DNA from: Dipteris shenzhenensis
Lineage: Eukaryota
Reading direction: 5' to 3' (one strand)
DNA length: 64,000 nt
Assembly: GCA_047967505.1 (NCBI GenBank)
Contig: CM106538.1
Made by a program: the position numbers and the translations under genes. Of this stretch, positions 12,081-25,339 are shown in pieces. The notes beneath the pieces were generated by a model. It worked only from the letters and a program-made list of their open reading frames with translations. It did no database searches and had not been told where the DNA came from. Position 1 is the first letter of the stretch; each line of letters opens with the position of its first letter.

Positions 12081-15000
12081 TGATTGGTCTGGACAACACT
12101 ATATTTTTTGGTCATTTGGGTTGCCTATTGCACTATACTGCTCTTTGGTTGTGACCTATTGTGCCACAGATATGGCATCTACAGCTGGTAGTGCCCTCTT
12201 TGATATTGAGAGGTTGGATGGATCAAACTTTCAGTATTGGAAAGAGCAGATTTATGATGTGTTAGTGCAGAAGAGGCAGCATAAGCCCATTCAATGCAAA
12301 GGTGTCAAGCCTAATAGCATTAAACAAAGTGATTGGGATGACATGGATGAGCAAGCATGCTCTATCATTCAGTCATCACTCTCGAAGTCAGTCTACTTGC
12401 AGATACAGGATGGTGTACAGGGTGTAGACTACCATGCATATGAGTTTTATACTCGTATATGCCAGATGTATGACCATGATAGTGTTATGTTACAGCATGA
12501 TGGGCTGAAATGTCCTGATGGGCTGAAATACAGCCTTGATATGCACTCCAAACGTCGATCAATTGGTAGAAACAAGTCATGTTCAAGGGGGAATTCCAGG
12601 AGCAAGTCTAGCTCTCGGACTTGTGTTAGATGTTTCTATTGTGGAAAGTATTTTGCTCTTGAGGTCAACTGACAAGTTGTAGATCTTTCTACCAGCTACA
12701 ACTTTGCTGTTTACAGCTTTGGCATCCGGTCCTTCAGTGAAAAGATATCGCTGTTCAGAAACAGGGACAGCGTGTTATTTTGCCCAAAGTGGCTGTGAGG
12801 TATTGTTGTAGGGATTTCTCTTGCACAACAGTGAATTGGGAACTCACAGTAAATTATATAAAGTGATTGGGATCTCACTTCAGTCCAAGGGCATTATTGG
12901 CATTTTGGCAAGTCACTTTGGCACATTTGGCAAGTGGTGAATGCTTGAATTTGTTGCCAAAGGATTGCGCACTTGAGGTGATGCATTGGTGATGCAGTAA
13001 ATGCCATTTCGATGCATTATGGATTTGCATTGGTGGATGCCACACTGATGTTTATGGATAGTTGAGCTGGGCTCCTACTGCCATTGGTTGAGCAGGCATT
13101 GCTCATTTGGTTCAGTGCATTTCTTACTTCAATTGCCAGGCATTGGCAGGTTACTGGGCTGCATATATTCTTGTTTATGCCTCTTTATGGCTGAGTGCTT
13201 TTGAGCATTGGATCAGCCAATTTATTTGGAGACCTGATTGGTCTGGACAACACTATATTTTTTGGTCATTTGGGTTGCCTATTGCACTATACTGCTCTTT
13301 GGTTGTGACCTATTGTGCCACAGATATGGCATCTACAGCTGGTAGTGCCCTCTTTGATATTGAGAGGTTGGATGGATCAAACTTTAAGTATTGGAAAGAG
13401 CAGATTTATGATGTGTTAGTGCAGAAGAGGCAGCATAAGCCCATTCAATGCAAAGGTGTCAAGCCTAATAGCATTAAACAAAGTGATTGGGATGACATGG
13501 ATGAGCAAGCATGCTCTATCATTCAGTCATCACTCTCGAAGTCAGTCTACTTGCAGATACAGGATGGTGTACAAGGTGTAGACTACCATGCATATGAGTT
13601 TTATACTCGTATATGCCAGATGTATGACCATGATAGTGTTATGTTACAGCATGATGGGCTGAAATGTCCTGATGGGCTGAAATACAGCCTTGATATGCAC
13701 TCTAAACATCGATCAATTGGTAGAAACAAGTCATGTTCAAGGGGGAATTCCAGGAGCAAGTCTAGCTCTCGGACTTGTGTTAGATGTTTCTATTGTGGAA
13801 AGTATGGCCACATGAAAAAGTATTGCTGGAAATGGCTGAGAAAATACAAGAAGAAGAGCAAGGTTAAGAATGACATGAAGAAGGAAAAGAAGCATGTTGA
13901 GCTTCAAGGCGTGGATGCTAGGGTTTCCACTGACAGTAGCAGTGATGAAGGCATTCTTTTGTCTATGTCTGACACCTCCTTCTTGGCCACTGATGTACCC
14001 ATTCTCGGTGATTGGATGTTAGATCCATGTGCTTCATGTCATATGACCCCTCATAGGTCATGGTTCAATGCATATCAGGAATGCATTGTGGAGAGTGGTT
14101 TGATGGGCATTGATCATTCTATGGATGTCTATGGTTATGGGGATATCCACCTTGTTATGCCTAGTGGCTCTATTCTTGTTCTACAGAGGGTTAAACATAT
14201 ACCAGGACTTGCTACGAGCAAGATCAGTACTGGATAGTTGGTTGAGGCAGGTTATCATGTCTCTTTGGGTGATCATGCATGGAAGATTGCTAGAGGCAAT
14301 CTGGTTATGGCTAGGGGATCACGGGTTGGATTCTTTTATGCATTGCATGTATCAGGTGTCCAGGATAAGATGCTTATGATTAGTAAGCAGCCATCAGCTA
14401 GTTTATGGTATGCCAGACTTGGACATATGTCTACTGCAGGTATGGAAGCCCTTACAATATTGAGATACATTCCTGTTATGGATGTCTCTCAAATTTTATG
14501 TCATGATTGTGATGATGGTCAGCAGTCAGGATCCTCCTTTGTGAGGAAGACAGTCAGTGAGAGGTATCTTGAGCCATTGCAGTTGGTTCATAGTGCAGTT
14601 TGTGGGCCTATGCCTACCGTTTCACTGGGTGGCGCCTCTTACTTTGTGACATTTATTGATGCTGCTACAAAGTACATATGGGTATATCCGATTCGGCAGA
14701 AGCATGATGTATATGATACATTTCAGCGCTTCTTGGGTAATGCTGAAAATCAGTCAGGAAAGAAGCTATTGAGCTTGATGACTGATGGCGATGCATAGTT
14801 TACCTCTTCTAGATTTCAGCATCTATGTGATACACTTGGTATCAGGAGGGTGTTCACCACTCCTCATCTTTCTACTCACGATGCCTTAGCAAAAGGCATA
14901 AATCGGATTCTATTGGACAAGATTGGTAGCATGCTACAGTATGCAGGTCTTACCGAATGCTATTGGGCTGAGGCATGTAAGACAGCTGCATACTTGCTTA

Positions 15001-16859
15001 ACAGGTCACCCACGAGATCTCTGAATGGTAGAGTGCCATTTGACTTCTTGACAGGCAAGGCACCATGTTATGAGCATTTACGTGTGTTTGGCTGCGAGGC
15101 TTATGCTCATGGTTCCCGATCGAGGAGATGTATCTTCCTTGGATACAGTGAGTCCAGTGAGGACTACAGGTTATGGGATTCTTCAACTAGAGAGTTGATA
15201 CGCAGCCATAATGTCTATTTCAGAGAGGATGCTATGTTTAGACAGCCCAGGACTGTGGATAGCAGGAGAGTGGTGTTCCAGGAGGGTGTAAGTGCACTAA
15301 TACCTCCGAATTCTTTGCAGGGGCAGCCCATATCCCTTGGAGTGGGAGGTTTTTCCCACGGTGAGCAGGTTATAAAGTTGGGACAGCCACAATTACTTCC
15401 TGATTTTGGTCAGAGACGGTCAGATGTCTCAAGTATTCCACAGGTTTATACTCCTATGGAGATTGTTGATGCATCTTCTATGGACAGTTACAGTTTACTC
15501 CCAGGATGCGGAGTGCCTCTTGTAGATGAGGATGAGGCTATGCATGGTGAGGAGGATACCTTGGCTAATGATGCCCGGTATGATCCATTGGCTGGTTATG
15601 CCAGGACAGATGTGGTTTCTGCAGTTATTGACTCGGGTCATATTGCGCATGGGCAGGAATCATTGATATGTTTGCTTCGTAAGTGCCTCCATGGCCAGAA
15701 GCAATCCCCTCGAGCTTGGCTTCATAGGTTTGATACCGTTATGAGAGCTCAGGATGTGATGCGCAGTGAGAAGTATTCAGGAGGTTGCTATCCTTCTGAG
15801 GTTACTTGCCATATGGTTCCTTATGGACAGGGATGCTTTGCAGTGGGAGTTGCATGGTCTTGATGATGTTTGTCAGATATTATGGTTGATATGGCAGCCA
15901 TAGTACTTCATGCATCCATGACTGTGTTGAGACTTGGTTCTCACATGTTTGCCATTGGTGCTACACTTCCAGTTCTTGCTTCCGTTGCAGTGGGAGTTGG
16001 TAGCATGATTATGGTAGATTTTGGCAGTAGGGAAGCGGTTGTGGACATCAGGTCCTTATCCTTCCAGGAGCAGCATGCAAGTGATGCAGGTTGGGTAGAC
16101 CAGCAGAGGTCTATTGTAGGGCATGTGCTTATGGTCACAGGTGGTACAGAGACATTTTCTTTACACAGTGACAGTTCAGGTGCTATGGACTTAGCACAGG
16201 AGCACGTGGTGGTGAGAGTTCACTCTCCTAGTGAGATCTGGCATGAGATCTTGGTTGACACGCATCTACAGCTTGTCATTTTCTATCCTGCAAACCTGAT
16301 GTCTGCTAGCAGCTTATCCTCTATGCACTTTGCACATTGTAAAGTGCCGATGGGCATAGGATGATGGTGTGGTCATCTTGTTTTTCAGCCTATGGCTGAT
16401 TGTATTATGTGTACTATACTCCCTTAAAGGCACACTGCCTTTAAGTGGGAGGTTGTTGGGGTAAAGGGCAGTGTGCCCACCCACTTGTACAGTGCCCATG
16501 TACACTCAATATATATGAAAGAGGAATAAGCTGGAGTAGCTTTTGCTCCACCACCTTTGGTGTCTCCTTATTCCTTTATGTGTGCTCTCCTCTCTCACAA
16601 TTTCCACACTCTCCTCACCCAAGGGAGCTTCAGAGGCATCAAGGACTTCATCTACAAAAGGGCCAAGTGTATTGTCAAGTTTATCTCATTTACAGCACTA
16701 TTTCATGTTGTTTCTACTATCTTTCTAGAAACTAGTGCTTGCCTCTAATGTTGGATGTAAGTGGTGATTGTTGCAGGCTTCTTCCTTGTGGATTGGGCAA
16801 GCCAAGAGTTGAAACCTGAGCTTGGAGTCCTCTTTTCTGTTGTCTACCTTGTACATATG

Positions 16860-19800
16860 TGTAGGATCGATAGGCAAAGAGAGAGTACAGGTTGCAAAGA
16901 GTCGATAGAGTCTATCACGTCAAATCTTGGATAATGAAAAATAGAAGTACAAGGTACTTGTACCTAGACCTAGGACTAAGTGTCCTAGGTGTCACATAGG
17001 ACTAAGTGTCCTATGTGGCCTAAAAGACACTCACACTACAAGTGCCTACATTTATGCCTACAAGGCACATACCATGGCCTATAGGGCATTACTAGAACCA
17101 CCAGAAGATGGCCTACAAACCCCCCTCCATGGGATGGGCTGAAGTACTCTGGAAACGTATCAGAATACCTGGTATTTTCTGATCATGGTGGCACATGTTC
17201 ATCGAAAAGAATATAGCCACCTATGAATGTACAAGGGATGTCAGATCATGTAACAAAGGGAACCAAGTGTAAAGCCTGTCGGAAGACTTCGAACTTGGGA
17301 CGAGGAGGTGCCTTTGTAAACATATATGCTATGTTGTCCTCTGTGGGAAGATAGGACAATGCTATGTCTCCTGATGACAACCGCTCCCGAACATAATGAT
17401 AGTGAACTTCAATATGCTTGGTACGTGCATGAAACACTGGGTTACGCGCAATGGCCAAAGCACTCTGGCTGTCAGTGTAGACAATAGTGGAGGATGTCTA
17501 GCAAATACCAAGATCTGTAAGTAACTATCGAAGCCAAACACACTCTACTGTAGCGGTGAAAGCTGCCCTGTACTCAAAAAGCAGCTAGACGTGGCAACTG
17601 TTGGTTGCTTCTTGCTGAGCCAAGAGATACATGAATTGCCAAGCAAAAAACAATTGCCAGTATGTGACACTCTGGTGTCGGAACATCCTACCCAATCACT
17701 ATCCGTGTAAGCATGCATGGTAAGTGAACCCTGATCACCATAGAAGAGGGCTAAATCCTGAGTGCCTCTGAGATATCTGAAGACTCTCTTCACTGCCTAC
17801 CAATGCTGTGAACTAGGCATGTGCATGAATCTGCTGAGCTGAGATACTGCATACTGCAAGTCAGGTCTGGTGTGACATAAATAAATAAGGCATCCAACAG
17901 CCTGCTGATAAAGAGTGATATCACATGGTGGGCTCCCATCATGAGCTGAGAATTTGAAGCCAGGGTCCACTGGAGTAGAGATTGGCTTGCAATCCTCAAA
18001 CTGAAAACGATCAAGTAGCTGTCCAATATACTTGGACTAAGAATAATGGAGCCGTCCCATGTCGGACATGTCAAAAATCTGCTACAAATCAGCCTTGAAA
18101 GCTGCAATTTGCTGAGTATTTGGGCCCGTGATGAGCATATCATCCACATATAAAATCAGCACTAAAAAATCAGATCCACTCCCACGAACATAAAGAGTGG
18201 GTTTTGTGGGACTATTCTGAAAACCAAGGGATAGTAAGTGTGCATGAATTTTGGCATACCATGCCCTGGGTGCCTACTTCAAACCATAAAGGGCTTTTCT
18301 AAGCCGGCATACCTTATTTTCAGAATTAACAACCTCAAAGCCAGGAGGTTGTGTGACATAGACTTCTTCCTGCAGATCCCCATGAAGAAAAGCAGTGTTG
18401 ATGTCAAGTTGGTGCACTTGCCAATGATGATGGGCTGCAATGGCAATGACACATCTAATGGTAGTAATCCTGGATGTGGGAACAAATGTCTCCTCAAAGT
18501 CAATGCCTTGTTGTTGGGCATACCCTTTTGCAACAAAGACGAGCTTTGTATCGATCTATGCTGCCATCAGATTTCCTTTTTAATTTGTAGACCCACCGCG
18601 TTCCAATGGCATGCTTGCCAGGAGGGAGATCTACTAATTTCCATGTGTCATTTTTGGCAATAGATTGTAACTCAGCTCTCATTGCATCCATCCACTCTTT
18701 GCTGTCAAAAGCATCTTTATGGCACAGAGGCTCTTCATTGCAAGCTGTAGCAAGGAGTGCAAACTCAAGAAAGTGACCATGCTGTCTGTTCCCTGATCTT
18801 GTCCGGGCAGCAAAAGGCTGATCTTGTTTGCTATCCCTCAATGTATCAAGAAGCCATCTGAGAACTTGCCTTTGCTGTCTATTGACAGCTCTTTCTTCAA
18901 TGACTGCATCATGAGTAGTGGAATCATTTTGTGCCGGAAGAGAAACCTGCAAATCAGCATGAGGTTGTGGCTGATTATTGCTTAGTGGAGGGCTTGCAGG
19001 AGGCTCATGTTGCTGGTCAAAATCCTCTTCTGATGATGGCAGAGGTAACCAAGATTCAAAGGCATCAAACATGTCAACATCTGGCTTTGCTTTGCAGTCC
19101 ACAAGAGGAGAAGCTGAATGTTCAGCAATAATCTTCCTAGTATTTGGTTGATATAACCGATACCCTCTGCTCTCCTGGCTGTAACCAATAAATATGCATT
19201 TGATTGCCTTGTCATCAAGCTTATGTCTCAGCTGAGATGGTACATGAACATATGCAAGAGACCCAAAAACTCTCATGTGTAAAAGTGAAGGCTTCCTGCC
19301 TTTCCATGCTTCATAAGGTGTAATAGTCTTCAATGCCCGTGTAGGTGATCTATTCAGCACATAGTTGGCACACATTACTGCATCAAGCCAAAGACTTGGC
19401 CCAAAATTTGTTGGGCAAAGACTTGGCCTTAAGCATGCATCTGGCCATCTCCATTGTGGACATGTTTTTCCTTTCAGAAACATGATTTTACTGAGGTGTG
19501 TAAGGAGTAGTGCATGAGTGAATAATGCCCCGTGAAGACAGAAATGCATCAAACTCCTTTGACATATACTCTCCCCCCCTATCTATGTTGAGGGTGACAA
19601 GCTTGCATCCTGATTCATTCTCAACCATATTCAGCCATCTCTGAAAGCATAAGAAAACTTCAGATTTGGCCTTTAAAGGATATATTCAGCAATATCTTGT
19701 GAAATCATCAATGAGAGTCATGAAATACTTATACCCCCCAATGGCATTTGTCCTCATTGGGCCACAGACATCACTGTGTACTAGCTGCAATTTCCTTCGT

Positions 19801-20992
19801 GAGAGTTTTGGACAATTCTTTTGAAAAGGAAATCGATGCATCTTACCCAAAAGACAATCCTCACACACATGTTTGGAAACTGTGTGAGTCTGAGGGCCCC
19901 AAATTTTGCTGAAATTTTTGCAAATGTGAACCAATGTATGCAAATCTGACTCAATGTCCTGCAAAAGTGACTCAATGTCTGAAAATTTGACTCAATGTCC
20001 TACAAATGTGACTCAATGTATAGCCTCAAGGCTTGAAGCTGCAAAAGTATGAGTTACTAAACCAAACACCAGTTGAAATTGAGCTCCCAACACAAAAAAC
20101 CCCAAATTTTGTTGACCTGAGTGATGGCGTGGCACAAAGTGACAGTCCTGAACCAAATCCCGAAGCAAGTACAACGTACGGCGCAAGTACTAAACAGACG
20201 TACGAAACAATACGGAATCCAATGTACGGCTGTATGGATGCGAGATGTACAATTGTACAAAAACACAGCACGGGACAGATATGCTGATTGTACGGAGAGC
20301 AGTATGGACCCCTGTACGGTGACGTACGGAACGGGTACGCTGTACGGACAGCTGCTGTGTACGGTTGTATGAAGCAGCTCCAATGTACGGTGCACATCGT
20401 AGGTACAATGTACGAAATAGTACGGACGATATACGCGCAGTTATGATGTACTTAACTCAGGTACTGAAGTACTGAAGCAAGTACGATACCTTCTGTACAG
20501 CTGTACAAAAGGTGTATGGCGCAGTACTTCTGCCGTGCGGACGTCTGGTGTACGGAAGCACAGGTACGGAGAAGAGCATACGGCTGTAGCAGGTACTTGT
20601 TCCATACGATGGGAGTCCTGATTGCAAGCTTGTTTGTACGTGGGTCCATACAATCGTACGGACTGTACGGGTGGAGCAGGTAGGCTGAAGGGAGCTGGTG
20701 CGAGTCCAGGAGCAGGAAGCAAGTATTAACGTGGCTCTGATACCACTGTAGGATCGATAGGCAAAGAGAGAGTGCAGGTTGCAAAGAGTCGATAGAGTCT
20801 GTCACGTCAAATCTTGGATAATGAAAAATAGAAGTACAAGGTACTTGTACCTAGACCTAGGACTAAGTGTCCTAGGTGTCACATAGGACTAAGTGGCCTA
20901 TGTGGCCTAAAAGGCACTAACACTACAAGTGCCTACAAGGCACATACCATGGCCTATAGGGCATCACTAGAACCACCAGAAGATGGCCTACA
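16860..20992 (-). mobile_element. Ty1/Copia element C lacking gag and protease; LTRs 16860-17117 and 20747-20992
   Basis: TGTAGG..CCTACA LTRs, TSD ATATG, PBS at 20734-20745 (minus), PPT at 17118-17130. Integrase (LVHSDVCGPM), RT (WVYKLK, LIYVDDML region) and RNase H (ARNPVFHARTKHIEV). Confidence 0.93.
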
Positions 20993-23675
20993 ATATGCTC
21001 TTGAGTCTTGTATCTAGGTCCTAGGCTTTCACTGAGTTCAATTTGGAAGGTGCATTGCACCTTGGTCTTGTATCTCCATTTTCAAGTGAGCCTAGATAAG
21101 AGGGGGGCCGTCTTGGCCCCTCAATCATATTGCAATTTCCAATGATGTCACTTTGTGTTTAAGCTATATAAGTCTTAACTCCACCTTAATTGCAATCTCT
21201 TAAGTTCAAGAATATGTGTTTCGCAACTCGCAATCATTTCATTCAAACGCCTCTGCAAAATCCGTTGTATGAATTGACAGAAAGCACCGAGTAGTTTATA
21301 ACCCCACCATTGCATGGGGGCTTCTAACTGAGGGGAAGCCACCGATTCCCATCACAAATCCAAGTAGATGGCACACATACGCGAAATCATTGTATGATGC
21401 TCTGGCTCAAACCCCACTTGATACGTCTTCCATCCCCAAGCCACCACTTGCACTCTGTTTACCACAAATTTTCCCCCACTTCGAGCACTACCACCATTGT
21501 CCCGATACACAAGTCAGGAGACCCCATGGATGCAAGGAATTACCGCACGCTCATGATTGGCCACACACTCGCCAAGATCTATGGATCAATGCTAGAGAGA
21601 GAGATCAATAACTTCACAGAGACACATGGGCAACAAACCTTAGGACAAGCTGGGTTCAGGAGACAACACTCTACTCTAGATCACATCTTCACTCTACAGG
21701 CCATCACTGAGGAGGCAAGATCGAGGTCCAATAAAGTCTACACTTGTTTTTTTGACTTTCGGAAGGCCTTTGATACTATCCCACGGGCTCGCATGATCGA
21801 GAGGCTTCAAGAGATGCAGATCCCTAGAGTCATGATATGGGGTGTGATGAGCTTATATGAGACAGTCAGAGGCAGAGTACACACCCCAGGAGGTCTATGA
21901 GATTGGGTTGAGAGTACGATTGGAGTGAAGCACGGATGCCCCCTCTCACCGACACTTTTTGGACTCTATATCAATGAGATCACTACCTTCATTGATATTT
22001 TAGGAGGTAAGGGATCATTGCTCGCTGATCTGATGGTACGGATACTACTATGGCTGATGACATAGTCTGCATATCCTCCTTCGCGGCAGGTCTCCACAAA
22101 CATCTAGAGGAACTAGAGGTGTTTTGCAGGGAGAGGGACCTGACAATCAACCTTGGCAAGACCAAGGTTATGATTTTCACTGCCTCACAGGCAACGCTTC
22201 ATCAACATAGTTTCACCTACCGATGTGAGCCCGTAGAGATTGTGCAGTCCTGCACATACCTCAAAGCAGTTTTCTCAAGCCCAGTCTTCACGATCCACGC
22301 AACCACAGCACGACTCACACGTGGTCAAGGAGCTCTAGCTCGACTAGAGCGACAATGCTTCAAGCACATTTCCAAGACCCCCATACGAACGGATGGAGCA
22401 CTCTTCTGGGGAGGTGACCTCTCAGCGACAGACTGAAAGAGATTTGAGAGATCGCGGGTGATTATGGATTCCTGGATGATCCAAAGTAAGCCCATCAGAT
22501 TATACAAGCAGAGTTACCCATGACACCTCTCTAGATTGATGCTATCTTTCAGACAATGACATATATTCACAGGGTTTGGGCTCTACCTAGCTGGAGATTG
22601 CCGAGATTGGCACTAGAGTCATCACGACGACTTGCCTAGATGGTTTGATAGCCAAGGGGTCCAAATGGATCAACTCCCGCCCTTTTAATACAGTCTGGAT
22701 GCCCCGTCCTCCCTGATCCCACGAGATGAAATCAACCGTACATATGGTTAGATCTATGACAGCTTGGCACGCACTTGGGGGGGGACCAAGAGTTCCCCAC
22801 CAAGATCCAATTCTATCATAACGATTTTCGAGTATCAAAGGATGAACTGATCATGAGATCCTTGTACCTAGAGGATAGATGCGTCTCACATGCACTGGGT
22901 AAACAAGCTTTGCATACTAGGAGAGGTGGAGACAAAGGAGCACTTTCTATGCATATGTCTGGCATATAATGAGATTCGAGGGCAGTACCATTGCCTATAC
23001 CAAAAATTTGGAACTCTCTCTCGCCTGATCCATTTCCAAGACCAGGTCTGTGTCGGTCTTTATCTGATGGAGATGCGACGACATAGAGAGACTCTTCTGA
23101 GACACATTAGATAGCCTATGCCGAACGTATTACCTGAGCCAGAGACGAATGCAGCCCAGCGACGGGTCACAGATTTCTATGCCTTTGAGTCAGCCCCGAG
23201 ACACAGCAGAGTGGAGGAGGAGGAGATAGATGATATGCGAGCAAAGTGGACTAGTGGGAGGAGACGGCAGGGAGTGGTGGAGCAGAGAGTTGCTGGACCA
23301 CGCACCTTGAAGGTCCAACCTATCACTGCCTTTCTTCGATGTGAACGCCCAAGTCAAGGGGCCACTCTTGACATGGTGCGCAGAATACATAAATCTCGGA
23401 GACCACCTTCCCCCCGCCACTGCGTGAAACGACACGGCAAATGCAGCTCCGAGATATCCTCGCATCTCATAGGAGAGCCAACATGGCACCTGAATATGCT
23501 TTCTAAAGTCTCTAACCTACCTATGTGTACTAGTTCTAAGTTATGTTTTTCTTTGAGGTTTCTTAGTACTCTACAAGGGTCTTAGTGAACCCCTTGCTTC
23601 AGCCCACTACGGCTTGTATGGGTCAGTCTGAGATTGTACTTTGTCTCATAGGCCCATGAGGCCTTCCGAAGACGT

Positions 23676-23722
<47 letters not shown>

Positions 23723-24556
23723 ATTGCTTGGAGATTGTATGGTCAAAGTTTTGGAGATCACATCGTTAAAATTTGATCCATGAAACACAATTGTTCCTCT
23801 TTTAAATAAAAAAGAGCAAGCTACACAACGATACAAAGACAATCCCAAATATAAAGAACGACTAATGATCATTTTGCAAGCAACTTCAATAGGGTAAATG
23901 GAGCACCAAGGAGGATGAATTTCATTCTTCTATAGAAGCAGCATTGCGCGTGCATTAGTCTGTGTGTGTGTGTGTGTGTGTATTTTTTTCAGGGAGGGCT
24001 TTATACGTGCGTGCATGCGTACGTCCGTGTGTATGTGCGTGCGTCTGCGCTTCTTCGGCTTGCCCCACTTGTTCTCATTCACGAAAGATGATCATGCATC
24101 TATTTTGGACATTTCCTCTTGCACGCGATTTCTTTTTCACATTGATGAAAAAACTTCGAGCTCGTTTTCCCTCCTCTTCCTTTGGGAAGTAGTTTTGGTT
24201 GTTTGGAAGATATGCGCCCATCCTGGAGTATGATCATTTCTTCTCCTAGTGTCGATACTGGGCCCTTTAGTCTTTGTATCGTGCTCATACCATTCGATTG
24301 TATGAGCACTCTTTAGTGAATGTCTTTCCATACTTTCGAGCTTATTTTCTTTGCTCTCTACAAGATGCTCATTCCCTTGGAGACCTCTATCAGGCCCAAT
24401 TGGAAGTTTTTTATTACTGTTTTTAGTTTTGACTAGTAGCTGTCCCACCTTGGGACAGTGATGAATGTAAATGTTTTCTTAATGCAAAATTTCTTTTACA
24501 AAAAAAAAAAAGTGTGTGTGTCTATGTGAGAGAGAGAGAGAGAGAGAGAGACTCAC

Positions 24557-24661
24557 TATTTGATGGCTCTTTAGAGAGAAGTTCAGCGACATGGGATGCT
24601 GAGCAGTCCAAGCCTTCTAAATCATCAAGGGCATCTTCAGAAAGTGCTCCTACATCAAACC
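24557..24661 (-). CDS. APT1-like exon 5 (WFDVGALSEDALDDLEGLDCSASHVAELLSKEPSN)
   Basis: Acceptor TTTTAG|, donor |GTGAGT; 105 bp. Conserved WFDV...DDxEGLDxSA. Confidence 0.93.
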
Positions 24662-25339
24662 CTAAAATCCAAATGCAAGCATAATAAATGCACAAATAAC
24701 GAGCGACATTATATCAAACAAAATTAACTACTTGAGCTTTAAAACACAAAATTCTAAAGACAAAGTTTCTTGCACATAAACCTACAACCTACTCAAAATT
24801 AGATGTCCTACATAATGAAAAAAGCAACTCCAAACATACTTGAACATTCCCAAAACTCATAAAAGAGCAGTAAATTATTGCCATCCGACTCTGACTCTCT
24901 ATTAAATTCAATGTACTACTACTAGCTGTAAGAGAGCTATTGTTGAACGAGGGGATTAAATACATATTTGCCTAAATTGCAGCCTTTTCATCAAAATGAA
25001 AAGAGAACATAAAGCATACTTTGGGGTATCAACTTAATGCCAAATACACTAGCTCAACTGGCTTTGAGGCACTCTACCTCCTTTAATCATTTGACGGAAA
25101 TTGTTGAATAGAGAAGCTAACACTGTGCAAGCTTTAACGCATTGAACAAACAACTTTAATTGCTACAAAAGTCTATGTTAAAGTTTCCAATGATGTTAGT
25201 ATTTTTTTGTTTTGTATGTTATGTAGTTCTTGCAAGCATTTAATAATGTTTTGTGTGTGCGAACGTGGATTTTTGTAGACATTAAAAGTTTAAATCATTG
25301 TAGGTGGGCCAATCACTAACATTCAACGCTATCTACAAC

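Larger units (their letters stand above)
5926..13805 (+). repeat. ~1.15-kb tandem duplication inside Copia B (copy 1 = 5926-6515 + 12086-12651; copy 2 = 12650-13805)
   Basis: Near-identical sequence with AT microhomology at the junction. Copy 1 is interrupted by Gypsy A. Confidence 0.92.
4285..16599 (+). mobile_element. Ty1/Copia element B with degenerate pol and 146-bp LTRs (4285-4430, 16454-16599)
   Basis: TG..CA LTRs, PBS TGGTATCAGAGC at 4433-4444, PPT at 16443-16453, TSD ATTTC. Gag (LDGSNFKYWK), CCHC knuckle CFYCGKYGHMKKYC, protease WMLDPCASCHMT, integrase, and only remnants of RT/RNase H. Confidence 0.93.
2937..21300 (+). mobile_element. Solo LTR of Gypsy family A in three pieces (2937-4284, 16605-16859, 20998-21300)
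   Basis: The pieces concatenate to one copy of the LTR at 6516-8358. TSD ACCCC at 2932-2936 and 21301-21305. Termini mutated to TA...TA. Confidence 0.92.
1409..23720 (+). mobile_element. Non-LTR retrotransposon (LINE, tentatively RTE-X-like), split by an 18.4-kb nested insertion at 2937-21300
   Basis: ORF1 end KGTRTYLDDDLT. APE endonuclease motifs (LLSDFNACTG, MDYLLG, GADHS). RT motifs (NYRTLMI, QAGFR, DFRKAFD, GVKHGCPLSP, ADD, NLGKTK). C-terminal ETKEHFLCIC. (TC)n tail at 23679-23720. Many frameshifts and stops. Confidence 0.88.

Noticed and set aside
24433-24458. Helitron-like 3' end on minus (hairpin CTGTCCCA-CCT-TGGGACAG next to CTAG)
   Set aside because: The hairpin is closer to CTAG than usual, less than 100 bp separates it from exon 5, and there is no supporting body.
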